This document shows, piece by piece, positions 11,631 through 25,419 of a DNA stretch of 64,000 bases. The position numbers and the translations under genes were made by a program. Each line of letters starts with the position of its first letter. The stretch's first letter is position 1. The stretch spans positions 234,219 to 298,218 of the forward strand of contig JAAOMT010000760.1 in NCBI GenBank assembly GCA_016748015.1, read 5' to 3'. Origin of the DNA: Geosiphon pyriformis uo1 (Eukaryota; Fungi; Glomeromycota). A model generated the notes under the pieces. The model made no database searches and was not told the DNA's origin. It saw only the letters and a list, made by a program, of their open reading frames with translations.

Positions 11631-13721
11631 CTTCTTTCTTTTTTTCATCTAAAATTCCCAAAAAAAAGTTAAAAAGTTTTTTACTATTTAATACAATAAA
11701 TTTAAATCTTTTTGCTTAATTATGAGACTATTGTTAGCTTTAGTATTGCTGTTATGAAAAAGACTGTTAAAGATTCTGGCTTTAGTGATGGTTTTAGGAC
11801 CATTTTGTCTAAGAAAAAGAGAAAAAATGATGTTTTAGAAGATGGTATTAACAACAAAAAGAACTCAGTTAAAGTGCAGAATAGTTGTTCATGGAGTTCA
11901 AAGACTGATAACACTATTGAGTTGGATAATATTAACATAAAAGAGGAATGTTTGGTAGAAAAAACCAGTTTTAACTATAGTAAAAATAGTACTAATGCTG
12001 ATGGGAATTCTGATCAAACACTTAAAGATTCGTGAATTAAAACCAAAAAGACATTGGACAAACCATTAGAAAAAATTAATTTCTCAAGTAGTGGTTGTGA
12101 TGATAATATTCTTTTAGAACTTTCTTTTTTCTTAAAGAATTTGGTCAATATCTCTGTTTTTAAATCTTTCACTTTGAATATTAGACTAGATAAAGTTGTT
12201 GGAAAAACATCTCAAGAAAAATGCTTGATGGTTAGGAAATTATTTTCAGGAATTAATGGTTTTGGAGGGGGTCTCTACTCTCTCAAAATTTGCTGAGATT
12301 ATTAAGGCAATGTTTACTTTCAAATTAAATATGGCACAAGCTTCTAAAAAGGCCAAAAATATAAAGATTATAGTGAATATTGATCTTAAGAAATTTACTG
12401 AACATTTAAATTGGGCTGTGGTAATAAAAAAAATTTTAATTAAAACATTAACTAAAACTGTGCATACTGTGCTTTCCAAGTTTGAAATTATTAAGTTGAT
12501 CAAGATGCAATTGGTAGGACTGTGGCAAAAAACTGTGATTGAATTTAGTAATATAGATTATGCTGATTTGGTTACAGCAAAGTGGTCTATCTTAATCAGA
12601 AAAGATGCAGTTTATATTGCTAAGACTGACATAAATAAAGAATTATGAAATGTGAGAAATAGTCATAAGACTTTGTTGTACACATTATCAGTAGAAACAA
12701 ATACACATAATATCTGAGACTTTATTAAGTCAGTTGGTAATAAAACTTGTGTTATTAATCATTATCTGGTCATATATACCTGATCCAAATGTGCTGTAGT
12801 GTGTTTTAACTCTGTCAAATTACTTGATGCTATTATAAAAACTACTCTGGTTCTAAGAAGTGCCAATTTGCACTGGTCTTAACTGGGTTTTTTCAAATAT
12901 GTTAAGTATGAAAAAATTGGGCATATATTATTAGGCTGTTCTGTGAATAGAAATTTTACCTCTGGTAAATCTTTGTGCAAAGTATTATTAGACACAGATA
13001 AAAGCAAATTGGCAACCATTTATGCCAAACAAACAGCTCTTGTTGCTTATTCAGTTGCTTTTGGTGGTGTTTTTTAGGCTAAGATTGCTGGTGAGTCTTC
13101 TTTTTTCTTTCTTTTTGTGCATAATAGTATGGTTAGTTTTGGCTTTTTTTCAGTGGTAAATTCTCTCTTGTCTACTGTTAATAAAGTAAAATTACATTTA
13201 GTTAATATTGAAAGCAGTCTTACCAAACTCATGAAACAAATTGGTAAGTTGGCTAAGAGATTGGAGTTACTTATGCTAACAGTTTTTTAGTCTAACTTTG
13301 GATATCAGCTGTTAGTAATCTTCTCCTCTCTTATCACAAAATTAAGTAAGTGATATAGTAATAAAAGAAAACTTGGATGAAACCACTAATGGTAAGACTG
13401 CTATAATTTTGAGCTCATCTATCTCCTTTGAGATTGTCAAATTGGAAAACATGTTAGAAGGACTTTTTGCTTTGGTGCTAAACTTGTTAACATGTTTTGA
13501 TAGTTTGGTTTTGGCTGGTGGTATGCTTCTTCAACCTTCTTTTTAATGAGTAATTTTGTGTAGAAAATTGTTACATGCAATATTAAAGAAATGAACAATC
13601 TTGTAAAACAGAATGATATTATTTGTTGGCACAAAGACATAGATAATTTGATTTCTATTTTTACAAAAACAAAACTGAAAAAAAAAGTTCAGTTGTGAAT
13701 TGTCAACAAATTTGATGGCAT
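11631..13721 (+). mobile_element. LINE (subfamily A), 5' part: degenerate ORF1 (11754-13549) and start of APE (13546-13721)
   Basis: Collinear with 638-3601. Starts directly at the poly-A tail of B1 and is cut at IVNKFDG by an LTR. Confidence 0.9.
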
Positions 13722-14677
13722 TATTATAAGTGATTATTTGAATAGATAAAATAAATAACAAACCTGTAACTTGGTGCTTAATAGCTAATATGGTTTGTAA
13801 TACCTAAAGGTTTTTGTGATCTAAAAGTTTTGGTTTGAGTCCTTTGTATAATAAACAGAGATTCAATAATTGTTTTTAGTAGCCTTCTGAAATTACAATT
13901 TCATCAAATTTTTTTCTCAGCATGGTGGTTAGTAATCCTCCTGGTGTTTTATCTATAGCTTTTCAGAATTGCAATTTCATTAAATTTCTTTCTTAGCATA
14001 ATGACTGATAATCCTTTTGGTAAGTTATTCTTAATAATAAGTATTCTACTCTTGTTTCACGAGTTTTTTACCAGTTTCTTTAATGTCAGTAATTTCATGT
14101 GTTAATCTTTAATTAATTAGTAAATAATAAACAAAAACAAAAGAAAGAAAATAAAATAAAAGGAATAAACCAAGACAAAAAAAGTTAGTATTCCATCAAT
14201 AGCTATGATCAAGAGCTATTAGCCCAGTATAGTTTTAAATATTAGTAAGTATTAACATGAATTGTTGATAATACAAAGATGAATTGTAATAAAAATAAGT
14301 ATATTTATTAATGTTTAATATTTCTATTTCAAGTTATAAAATACTATCATATGAAAAAATGAATAGGAAATTGGAATTGGAACTGGAGATTCTAAAACTC
14401 AGAATTCTGTTTTTTTTGCTTTTAATGCTACTACTACATATACATAAATTTCATTGTATAAGATTTTTTGAATTCTTCAATTTTTAATCTGGAATCCTGT
14501 AATTTTTTGAGAAAAATTCTGGAATTCTGGAATCTTGCAATTTTTTACATAGAAATTCTGTAATTTTGGAATCTTGTGATTCTTCTAAGAAGAATTCTGG
14601 AATTTCACTTTTATTATATCTTATTTTAATTGGCTAATTATGTACTAATATATAATTCTCATATTCTATAAGTAATA
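13722..14677 (-). repeat. 3' LTR of G1
   Basis: Degenerate TGTTAC...AATAACA termini (TATTAT...AGTAATA). Homologous to 23633, 19743, 24333 and 53341. Purine tract adjacent at 14678-14692 on the minus strand. Confidence 0.88.
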
Positions 14678-14690
14678 TTATTTTCTCTTT

Positions 14691-15355
14691 TTAATATTAA
14701 GCTTCATTAAAATTTCTTATATTTCTTAATTTTCTTTCTTTGATTAACTTTTGAATTTCTTTTTCCAAAATTACTTGGATTATTTTAATTTGTAATTCTT
14801 CAAATTAAGCATTGGTGATTTTTCTCAATTGATTAATAGTAACTGTATCCATTATTGGATTAAGTAGTATTGCTAATCAATTTTGAAATTCTGTATATAA
14901 TTAATATATGGCTTATGTTTGTGTAAACAGATTGTTCTTCCCCACAAATTGTTTTAGTTGTTATAGTATTATTGTGTTAAAAAACCATTTTGTTTTATCT
15001 GTGTATAAGTTCTGTATATTCAGACTTTGTCCCAAGTAATAATAATAAAAGTTTCTTGAAAATTGTTGTATCCACCAATTCCAAGTTTCTATTGTTAATT
15101 TTTGGTATAGTACAGCTGTTTTTGGTATTTCTATTAATAATTTTACTTTTGCTATTATCTTATTTATAGTGTTTTTCAATTTTCTGTGTACTTTATATTA
15201 GGGTTTTTTTTATTATATTTGTATCAAATAATTTATTGGTTAATTGTAATTTCTAGGTTTGTTTGTTTAATCAATTAGAATAGTTGTTATGTAAGTAAAT
15301 AAATGTTATTGGTAATTTCCATCTTTTTATTATTGCTTTTGGTTATATCTATCAT
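14691..15355 (-). pseudogene. Extra ORF (ORF3) between integrase and PPT, unknown function
   Basis: Collinear with 54154-54822. Includes fragment 14961..15179 (WWIQQFSRNFYYYYLG). Confidence 0.7.
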
Positions 15356-18300
15356 GTCTTTATATATTATTTTGTTTAATCAATTTGACATGTTTGTATT
15401 GATGACTATGATTGGTTTTAAATCTTATAGAATCTTATCTGGTTGGACTAGTATTTATTGTATTCTCAGTTGTAAATTTTTCTAATAGATGATAATACTG
15501 TATTGTAGTATGATTTTAGTTGATTTTTATGTGCTGCTTTGGTTAAAATTTTGTTGTCCTATCTTAATTTATAAGCTCTATTTTTTAGAATTTTTTCTAT
15601 GTAAAATAGTCTATTCTATTTGGAATCAAATTTTCCATTTCATTGTTTTTTCACTTTGGTATAATATAAGAGTACTTTGTTTCCAATTCTGAATTTAACT
15701 GGTTTATTTGGTAATTAGTTATTATGTTGTTTTTTTTGTTTTTTTTGTTTTTTTTGTGATCTTTAAATGTTATCAGCTGTTTTTTGTCTTTTGTTTTTCA
15801 ATGTTTTCATTAGTTTGTATATTCTTCTTAGTAATATTCTTTGGAAGTTGGCTTTTGTTATTGGTTTAGTTAATAAGTATTGACTTTTATCTTAACTGGT
15901 AATGTTGTTGTTCTACTATAAACAAATTCAAATAGTGTTGCTTGTGTAATATCTTGCTTTATTGTTTAATAAACAAATAGTACTAATGATATAAACAAAT
16001 TTCATTTATTCTGGTTTTTTTAACTAATTTTGGCAATTGTTTCACACAATGTTTTGTTAAATCTTTCTACTAAACCATTTATTTGTGAATAATACAGTAA
16101 TAATAATAGTCTTTTAATTCCAAATTTTTGGCTTAATTCAGTTAATGTTCTGTTTACAAAGTAAGTTTCTTGATCTGATAATAATTTTTTTAAACAGCTG
16201 TGTCAACAAATCAAATCTTGATAAATGAATTTGGCTATGGATTCTGCATTTGCTCTTTGAATTGCTTTTATCTTTGGCCATTTTATAAGATAGTCTATAA
16301 TTACTGCTATATAATAATTGTTTCTGTTGGTTATTGTTAATGGTTTAACTAAGTCAATTCCAATTTTATTAAATGATTGTTTTACTTTAATTGGTCTTAA
16401 TGGTTCACTGGATCTTGTTTTTTTTCTTTTCTAACAAGCATTACAATTTTGGATGTATTAAATAATATTTGAATACATTAATAATCAATAATATCTCTTT
16501 CTGATTCTTTCTATGATTGCTTCTTTATAAAAATATCCTGCTGTTAGATCTAAGTACATGTTATATAGTATTGTTTTTTTCTTTGATTCTGTGATTACTC
16601 TGAATAGTTGATCTGAATTTTTTCTGTTTTTTTAATATAGTATATTTTGGTAAGTAATAAAATATTTTGATTGTTGTTTTATGGTGTTTTGTTCCTTTTA
16701 AAATAATTTTTTCTTAAACTGTTGAGTATTAATATAGTGTTAGAGTTGTTAATATTTTTGTGTATTTATTTTTTGTTATATTTTTGGTTTTAAAATGTTC
16801 TTAGATTTGTTTCATTTGTAACAAACTGTTAGCATTTCCATTTTTTTTTCCTTTTTTATAATGTATAGTATATTTAAATGGTGAAAGTTTTATTTTTCAT
16901 CTGGCATGACAATTGTCTCTGAATTTTTGCTTTTGGATTGATGTTAATTCTTTGTGATTAGTGTATATTTCAAATTTCTGGCTTAAATATTTTTTCTATT
17001 TCATGACTGTCCAATAGATAGTTAAGTGTTTTTGTGCTAATATTTCATAATTTTTTTTAGCTGAACTTAAGCTTTGGCTGGCATATGCTATTGGGTGTTT
17101 TTTTTTATCTGGTTCTCTCTGAAATAATATGGCTCCCAATACTTGACCAGATGCATTAGTAATGATAATAAATGGTTTGTTGTGATTTGAATAGATTAAT
17201 ACTAGTGCTTAGATGAATTTTCTTCTTAGTATATTGAAAGCTTCTTGCTGAGTTTTTGTTTATTTATATTTCATATTTTTGGCTTGGAGCTAGTGAAGTG
17301 GTTGAGCCAGTTTGAAAAAATTCTGAATAAAGTGATGATAATATTCAGCAAATCTCAAAAATGCTCATAGTTTTGTAAGATTTGTTGATACTAAAAAGTT
17401 TTTGATGATCTCAATCTTGTCTGAATTTATCTTAATGCCGTTTTTGCTTATAACATATTCCCAAAATTTCAGTTTTGTTTTGCTGAAGAAACACTTGTTT
17501 GTATTTAGTTTCAATTTAGCTCTTCTTAATTTCTCAAACACTTGCTGTAAATAATAAAGATGATTATTGAATGTTTTTGAGAACACATTGGTGTTATCCA
17601 AATACACAACTACTGATTTCCATAGTAGTCCAATATAAACAATTTCTATGAGCCATTGAAATGTGGCTGAAGTATTGATTAAGTCAAATAACATAATTTT
17701 AAACTCAAAATTCTCTTTTCTGGTTGTAAAAGCAGTTTTTTTTTATCTTCTGGTTTCATGGCTACTTGCCAATAACTGCTGTCTAAATCTAATGTTGAAA
17801 ACCATTTTTTCTTCTAAAAGCATCAAATAATTCCTGAATCTATAAAATCAGATAGCTGTTTCTATGAATAATACTATTAAGTTTTTTATAATCCACACAA
17901 AAGTAAATCTTTTCATTTTTTTTGTAGACTAATATCATTAGTAATAATTATAAACTCATTGTCTAATATCTGGTTAATTTTCTGTCAGATGATTTTATGG
18001 CTTGCTGGTAGTATTTTATATGCTCATTGTTTAATTAACATAGTATTTTTAGTCTTAATTTAATGTTGGATAATGTCAATTTTGCCAATTTATTTTCACT
18101 GACAAAGATATTAGTAAAATTGTTAAGCAACATTTTGAGCTGTATTTATTGGAGTGGATCTAAGTTTCCTAAGTTTATTTGTTTTAATTGTTTTAGTTAA
18201 AGTAAATAACATTCCACATATTCGTAAAGTTGTAAAAAATTTGAAATAATGCTTGGTAGTTGTTCTTCAACTTTAGTGCTTAAATATTTGATAGTAGTTC

Positions 18301-18574
18301 TATTTGGTATTTTAATGGTGTCTCTAGTTGTATTGTAGATGGAAATTTTAATATATTTGTAATTTCTAGCTAATATATAGAAATTGGTAATAGCAATCTC
18401 TTCTGATTCACAAATTATGGCTTCTACTTCAAAGATTTGGAGTTGATCTTTCACTTTTCTTTCTATAACTATTAAATACTAGTCATATGGTGGAATAGAA
18501 ATTGATTAATAAGTGAAGATAATTTCTCCCTTGTTAATAACTTTTTTTTCTGCCATATTAACTGGTATATTTAT

Positions 18575-18965
18575 TCTACCTGTGAATCTGAATTCATTTT
18601 TCCCTTTGGCTGTAATCCTTAATTCTTCTCTTGTTCCCATTGGCACTAATTAAGCTATTTTCACCAAAAATAGGAATATTGTTTATGCTATCTTTTCATT
18701 TGGTTTAATTACATATTCTTTTTCTAAGTTATTTTGTAGCATTGCAATAATATTTTCTATATATCTTGTATTAATTATTCCTCTTTTTATGTTGATTTTT
18801 TTTTTCATTAAACTATTTCTAGATGTTAGTTGAATTATAGTTGTTGTTAGAATTTCCAATGTTACTTTTAGATCAATACATGTGCACAAATATGGTTCCA
18901 ATTTAATGGCATCTTTTCTTGGATATTTTAGATCAAATCCTGTATTGGTATTATGCATGCATTTT
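18575..18965 (-). pseudogene. dut: dUTPase domain within G1 pol (between protease and RT)
   Basis: Decayed trimeric dUTPase motifs I-V: TGFDL, SRNSL, GIINTRYIENI, EKIA*AIF, AKGKNEFRFTG. Confidence 0.85.
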
Positions 18966-19742
18966 AATATAATATCTTCATTATTATTGCTAAACCATTT
19001 GAGTTCTTGCTTCTTATAAAGATCAAGAAGCACAATATATTGTTCTGAGTTTAAATCAGAGTTTGAATTGTTACCATTTTTGTTGTCATTTTGAATAGAG
19101 CTGGAACTGTTGTTATTATTATCATCATTGTTAAAGTTTGAATTGTGATTGAGTGACAATTTTGATTCTGTTTTGCAGTTGCTAATTGGTTTTTTCTCTT
19201 CTGGAATTGTGTAGATCATATATGGTGGTAAATTGTAAATAAGGTCACAATTATTACAATACTGAAAGTTACATAGTATTAAACAATGATCACAAAGGTG
19301 AGTGTTAAGTTGTTTTAAATATTGCTTTTGCTCCTTTCTAGTGAGTGCTAATTCTTGATAGTATTTATGGAATTGTTTAAAATTTATTACATTAAGAATA
19401 ATATTAGAATTTGGGACCCAAATAATCTCTTCTGGTTCTAATAAGTTGTTTTTGATTATTTTGATTTCTTCTGGAATTGCACCTTCAATTTTGGTGATTG
19501 TCATTCTCCATATTTTGTCATTATCATATGAACAACTATCTAAATGTTTCATAGCTCTTCTTCAAACAGCATCTATTGACATTCTTTTTCTTATTCAATT
19601 GCTGATTAAAATTGTGTATTGACACAATTTGTTATATGTTTCTTCATGCCCAGAAATGTTATTTTACATTCCTTTATCTAGGAGTGTTTCCTTATAAGCA
19701 AGACATGATTTATTGTCCTATTTTCTTTGTCTTTTTGGTTAT

Positions 19743-20539
19743 TATTACAAGTGATTATTTGGGGTCTCAAATCAAATAACAAACCCATAACTTGGTACTT
19801 AATAACTGATTTGGTTGATGATATCTGAAGGTTTTGGTTGTTTGAAGGTTTTGGTTAAGTTTTTTATATAATAAACAAAAATTTAATAACTGTTTTATCT
19901 GTAGTTTCCTAAAATCACAATTTTGTTAATTCTTTTTTTGGTTTGGTGACCAGCAATTTTCTGGTAAGTAATTCTTAAATTCAAGTATCTACTCTCTTGC
20001 AAGGATTTTTTACCAGGCAATCTTTAATGTCAATAACTTAGTGCTTAATTCTTAATCAATTAGTATACAACAATAAAAAAGAAAATAAAAAAAATAAAGA
20101 AAAATAAGCCAAGACAATTAAAGTTAGTATCTTATTAATAGCTATGATCAAGAACTATTGTTTTAGCATAGTTAAGTATTGGCAGCTATCAACATGGAGT
20201 GTTGATAGTCAGAGTTTGATGAATATTTTTCAATCAAATGATAGCAACATAAATTAAATATGGATAAGTATTTTATTAATATTCTAATAATTTTACTTTA
20301 GTAGATATAAACTATCTGTGAAGTAATTAGTAAATAGATAGAAAAAGAAGTTCAAACTAAGAGGTCTTGGTCCTAATTCTGTCTTTTCTGCTTCTAATAC
20401 TCTTGCTATATATACATAATTTAAGTTTTATAAGATTGCTCACATTTTTAAGCAATGTGCTTATGTAGTAATTACTACTTTCCTATTGGTCTATCTGTTT
20501 TTCTACTATTTTTTTTATATGTTTTTTTTATGAATAATA
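19743..20539 (-). repeat. Solo LTR (family 1-related) inserted in G1 pol; TSD TTAT
   Basis: TATTACAAG...TGAATAATA flanked by TTAT at 19739-19742 and 20540-20543. Removing it restores collinearity with G2 at ~59230-59260. Confidence 0.88.
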
Positions 20540-23500
20540 TTATTCAAAGTGTTCAAGAATACATGGGTAACAGTAATATTTGGTCACTGTTGGCTATTTC
20601 TTATTATTATCACAACATGCACTTATTGTTGACAATTTCTTATCACAATTAATGCAAATTAGTTTTAGTTAATAATAGTTTGACTGACATTAAGTAGTAA
20701 TAATGTATGGGGTATATGTAGAAGTAGTTGCTTGGAATTTTTCTTCTTCTTTTTCTTTCCCTTTTTTCTTTTCTTTTTGTATAAGTACTGGTAGTAATTT
20801 TTTGTGTTTTTTCTCAGCCCATAATACTTGATATGTTTTTTAGGTAGGTTTTTTTTTTCTTCTTCAAACTCGATCAGTGACTGTGTTTTGGTGGTGGTCT
20901 TGAAATGACCATAAGTGGCTGGTATTTAGATGTTCTAACTGTTCTGGCTTAGTTGCAATTCCTGAATATTTCAGTCAAGCATGACATTGGTTTTGAACAG
21001 CCAGTTATTTTTAAATAATGCTTAGTACTGTGTGGCTTCTATAATAAGAACCTTTATGGATGCAATAATACTATTGATTTTAAATAAGAAGTTATTAATC
21101 TCACCAATAGGCATTTTTGTTATTCCATTGGCAGTAATAATTCTAGTGTTGGCAGCACAATTAATTTGGTGATCTAATTGGTTTATGAGTTGTCATGTGA
21201 TAATGCTGCCAGCTGATCTACTATCTAGAATTAGTTTGATAAACTGACTATCAACTTTGGCATTTGTATATATTATAATAATAAGTTTTGATTCAAGAGT
21301 GGCTCCACTGAATAACAGTATTTCGACTGGTTTTTCTAGTTTAAAAGAGAAAATGACAGTAAGTAATTTGTTTTTAATAATGGTTGCTAAAGATATGTTG
21401 TTGGTGAGTAGTTGGGTTTGATTAAGTTTTTGTTTGTTGAGTTTGGTATCTTCTAAGGTAACCAAAAGACTTAAATAGTTCTGGAAATTTGGGTTTTAGT
21501 TGTATTCAGTTCTTGAACTCTGCTGACATGATCTTGAGGACTGTTGCAATAAGCTGGAAATTGTTTGATGCATTACTATTACTGATTGCCAATTTTGTTG
21601 AGTGTAAGTAATTCTCAGTCTTAGATTTTCAAATATTTGAACTGGGTTTTGTGACAGTATTTGGATTGATTAGGGTTGATAAATTACTTGTGGCTGTAGT
21701 TAATAAATAACTGGAACTGGGATTTAATAGATTGAAGGTGTGTATATTAGTTATTACATTATTTGTGAATAATAAGATTGATATTAATTTTAATTTGGAG
21801 AATAATTCAAAATTTGAAACAAGTGATTAGGGTTTCAATGTTAATTTTCTGATTGTTGGTTATTTAATCTCAATTGGCAGTTTATTCTTAGGTGTTTTTG
21901 TTTACCACAGTAGTGGCAAACATATATCTCTTGTTGTTACTGTTAATTAGATAAGGATAGACATGACTGATTTTGGAATCAATTAGAGCTTTTTTGATTA
22001 TTGCATCATTGTAAAGGTTGATAAATAATCTGATTATTAGCTAAGTATTCTTCCAATTTTTAATTAATTAAGTCACTGAATTATTTTAATTTTGAGTCCA
22101 AGTCAAATAATTCATTTATTACCAGATTTATGATTTGGACATGATTGACTTTTAATTTGGCTGATTCAAAGTCTCTAACATAGGTGATTGCTGTTTGTAG
22201 TGTTACTAGATATAATAAATGTACACACTATAGAATGTTGCTGTATAATCTATGAATCAACTGATTCAAAATTTGTGCCACAATAAAATAATTGGCATTA
22301 ATGACCTGGATTTGGTGCAGATTGCAATAAAAGTGTCCCAAATATGTAATAATGACTTTAGTTTCTTCTTGTTTAATAGTGATAAAAATATTTGCCAATC
22401 AGTTAATGCTATTATTATTACTAAAATACCTTAAAAATTTAATCTTGAAATCATTGAAATTTTGGGGTTTCTGTGTTAAGCTTTAATATCATAAGTTAGT
22501 GGTATCTTGCAAGAAATATGGGATTGCTTGAAAGGCTTTGGCATTATCCCAATTATTAGCCATGATTGCTTTGGTAATATTGTTTAGCTAGACTTAAGTA
22601 TTATTCTCTTTGCCAGTAAAATTTTTTAATTTGGTAATTAGTGTATATGCCATTAGTGCTATTATTAGTTGTTGTTGTGATTGTAATTGAAGTTGTTGCT
22701 GCAGTAGTAATTGCAGCTGTTGTTGTTGTTCAATAATTAGGACAACTGGTAATGAATTAATTATAATAACTAAAGATAAGTTTTGAAGAATAATAAGAGT
22801 GGTGTTTAAATTGTTCTGATTTTGCTGAGTTGAACTAATTGGGATTTGTATTTCTGGGTTTTCTGGAATTGGGTTTTGATAATTAAATTTCTGATTTTTA
22901 TCATCTTTTTCTTCTTCTGATTCCATTATTTTTCAAGAACTAGCAGTTCTGAAATTTGGTTGAAGTAGTAGTGATTAAAATTTTGATGGCATTGGTAATT
23001 GCAATTTAAATTTCTTAAAATAATTACCATAGGTTCTTAATAACTCTGCTTTCTTTTATTTATTTTAAAACAGAAGTCTGTTTAATAGAGTTGTTGTATT
23101 TGTTGTGAACACACCTATTAATATTATATTGATAGTACTTTTGAGTATATAATAGTATAATAGATTAGCTGGTAAATCAACTCTCTGTTTCTTCCAAGTA
23201 AGTAATTATATTTGCTTTGGAATTCCTGCTGGTATTTGTAGTTTTTCTTTGCCTTTTCTGCATAGATAATAGGAAATTTTTATTGAATGTGATTTTCAAT
23301 TTTTTTATTGATTTCAGTGATGATCAGTGCAAAATTGTGATTTAATAGTAAGCTGGTGTATTGAATTAATTTGCTGTAGAAATTTTCTCTTGCTGATTCT
23401 GTATTTACTAGTTCTCCTAGGAAATATTTAATTTTTTTGTTGATGTAAAAGTTGAAGACTAATTTTGCTAATAGTTGGTTGTTGTTCAATCTTAAGTGTT

Positions 23501-23613
23501 GACAGTAATGTTAAAATAAGAATTTAACAAATCTTAAATGGTTTGTTTTTTTTAATTTTAATTTTGCCACTTTTGAATAGTTGCTGTTAGTACTGGTTCT
23601 TTGTAAAATTATA

Positions 23614-23630
23614 CTTCACAAGAAGCACCA
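23614..23630 (-). promoter_or_regulatory. Primer binding site of G1 (TGGTGCTTCTTGTGAAG)
   Basis: TGG-initiated motif 2 nt after the 5' LTR. It resembles the complement of an elongator tRNA-Met or tRNA-Ile 3' end; the tRNA identity is inferred. Confidence 0.75.
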
Positions 23631-23632
23631 AA

Positions 23633-25419
23633 TATTACAGATAATTATTTGAATGGGTAAAATAAATAATAAACCCATAATTTGGTGCTTAATAACTAAT
23701 ATGGTTTGTAATATCTAAAGGTTTTTGTAATTTAAATGTTTTGGTTTAAATTTTTTGTATAATGGACAGAGATTTAATAATTGTTTTCAGTAGTCTCTCA
23801 GAATTGCAATTTCATCAAATTTCTTTTTCAGCATGGTAGTCAGTAATCTTTCTGGTGTTTTATTTATAGCTTTATAAAATTGCAATTTTGTTGAATTTTT
23901 TTCTTAGCATAATGACCAGTAATTTTTTTGGTAAGCTATTCTTAATAATGAGTGTTCTACTTTTGTTTCATAGATCTTTTACCAGTCTTTTTGACATTAG
24001 TAACTCTGCATGTTAATTTTTAATCAATTAGTAAATAATAAACAAAAACAAAAGAAAGAAAATAAAATAAAAGAAATAAGCCAAGACAAGAAAAGTTAGT
24101 ATCTCATTAATAGCTGTGATCAAAAACTATTGATTCAGTATAGTTTTAAGTATTAGTACATATTAACATGAATTGTTGATAATACAAAGATGAATTGTGA
24201 TAGAAATAAGTATTTTTATTAATGTTTCTACTTCAAGTTATAGAATACTATTGTATGAAAAGATAAATGAGGAATTAAAACTGGAGATTCTAAAACTTAG
24301 GATTTTGTTTTTTTTGCCTTTAATGCTACCACTGTTACAAGTAATTATTTGAGATCTGAAAACAAATAACAAACTCATAACTTGATGCTTAATAGCTGAT
24401 TTGGTTGATATTATCTGAAGATTTTAGTATTTGAAGATTTTGGTTAAGTTTTTTGTATAATAGATAGAGATTTAATGATTGTTTTATTTATAGCTTTCCG
24501 AAATTACAATTCCATCAAATTTTTTTCTTAGCATGATGGCCAGTAATCTTCCTAATAAGCTATTCTTAATCCTTGAGTGTTTTACCTTTATTTCTAGGTC
24601 TTTTACCAGTCACTTTAATGTCAATAACTCCACATATTTAATCTTTAATCAATTAGTAAATAATAACAAATAAAAGAAAAAAATAAAATAAAATAAAAAT
24701 AAAGAAACAAGCCAAAACAAGAAAGATTAGTATTCTATTAATAGCCATGATCAAGAGCTATTGATCTAGTGTAGTTAAGTATTAATAATTATCAAACTGA
24801 GTTTGTTGATAGCAAAAAGATAGATTATAATAGTAACAAGTATTTTATTAATATTTAATGTTCCTATTTTAAGTCACAGAATACTATTATATGGAGAAAT
24901 AAATGGAGAATTAAAATTGAAGACTTTAACTTAAGAATTCTGTCTTTTTTGCTTCTAATACTGCTGCTATATATACATAAATTTTATTGTATGAAATTCT
25001 TTGAATTTCTTAATTTTCTAGCCAAGAATTCTGAAATTTTTAGAATTCTGTAATTTTTTATACTAGAATTCTGAAATTCTGGAATTCTGCAATTTCTTTA
25101 AAAGAAATCCTGGAATTTTACTTTTACTATATCTTATTTTGATTGGCTAATTTTGTATACTAATATATAATTTTTATATTCTATAAATAACACCACTATA
25201 TATACATAAATTTAATTGCACAAAATTTTTTGAATTCCTCAATTCTCTAGCCAGAAATCCTGAAATTCTTGGAATCCTATAATTCCTTACACAGAAATTC
25301 TGTAATTCTAGAATCTTGCAATTCTTCTAAAAAGAATTCTGGAATTTCACTTTTACTACATCTTATTCTAATTGGCTAATTATGTACTAATATATAATTT
25401 CCATATTCTATGAATAACA
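23633..25419 (-). repeat. 5' LTR of G1 (23633-24332 + 25197-25419), split by a solo LTR
   Basis: Collinear with 13722-14677 and ends ...CTATGAATAACA. TATATATA at ~25197-25204 and CCAAT (ATTGG at 25371) on the minus strand. Confidence 0.88.
24333..25192 (-). repeat. Solo LTR nested in the 5' LTR of G1; TSD CCAC
   Basis: TGTTACAAG...AAATAACA flanked by CCAC at 24329-24332 and 25193-25196. Confidence 0.92.

Larger units (their letters stand above)
15380..23600 (-). pseudogene. G1 gag-pol, heavily degenerate, split by solo LTR 19743-20539
   Basis: Retrotrans-gag region ~22150-22620, protease LILDSRSAGSII ~21220, dUTPase, RT VVVYLDNT ~17600, RNase H ~16900-17200, integrase ~15400-16700. Confidence 0.88.
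13722..25419 (-). mobile_element. Ty3/Gypsy LTR retrotransposon (family 1, copy G1) with two nested solo LTRs
   Basis: Two related LTRs share a diagnostic internal ~70-bp duplication. PBS and PPT present. Domain order gag-PR-dUTPase-RT-RH-IN. Confidence 0.92.

Noticed and set aside
20540-20572. GGTAACA at 20566-20572 as the solo-LTR end
   Set aside because: 20540-20580 aligns with G2 internal sequence (~59240-59285). The end at 20539 gives a TTAT TSD.
22594-22926. Poly-Q host protein
   Set aside because: It is the Pro/Gln-rich linker of Gypsy gag, altered by C>T mutation.
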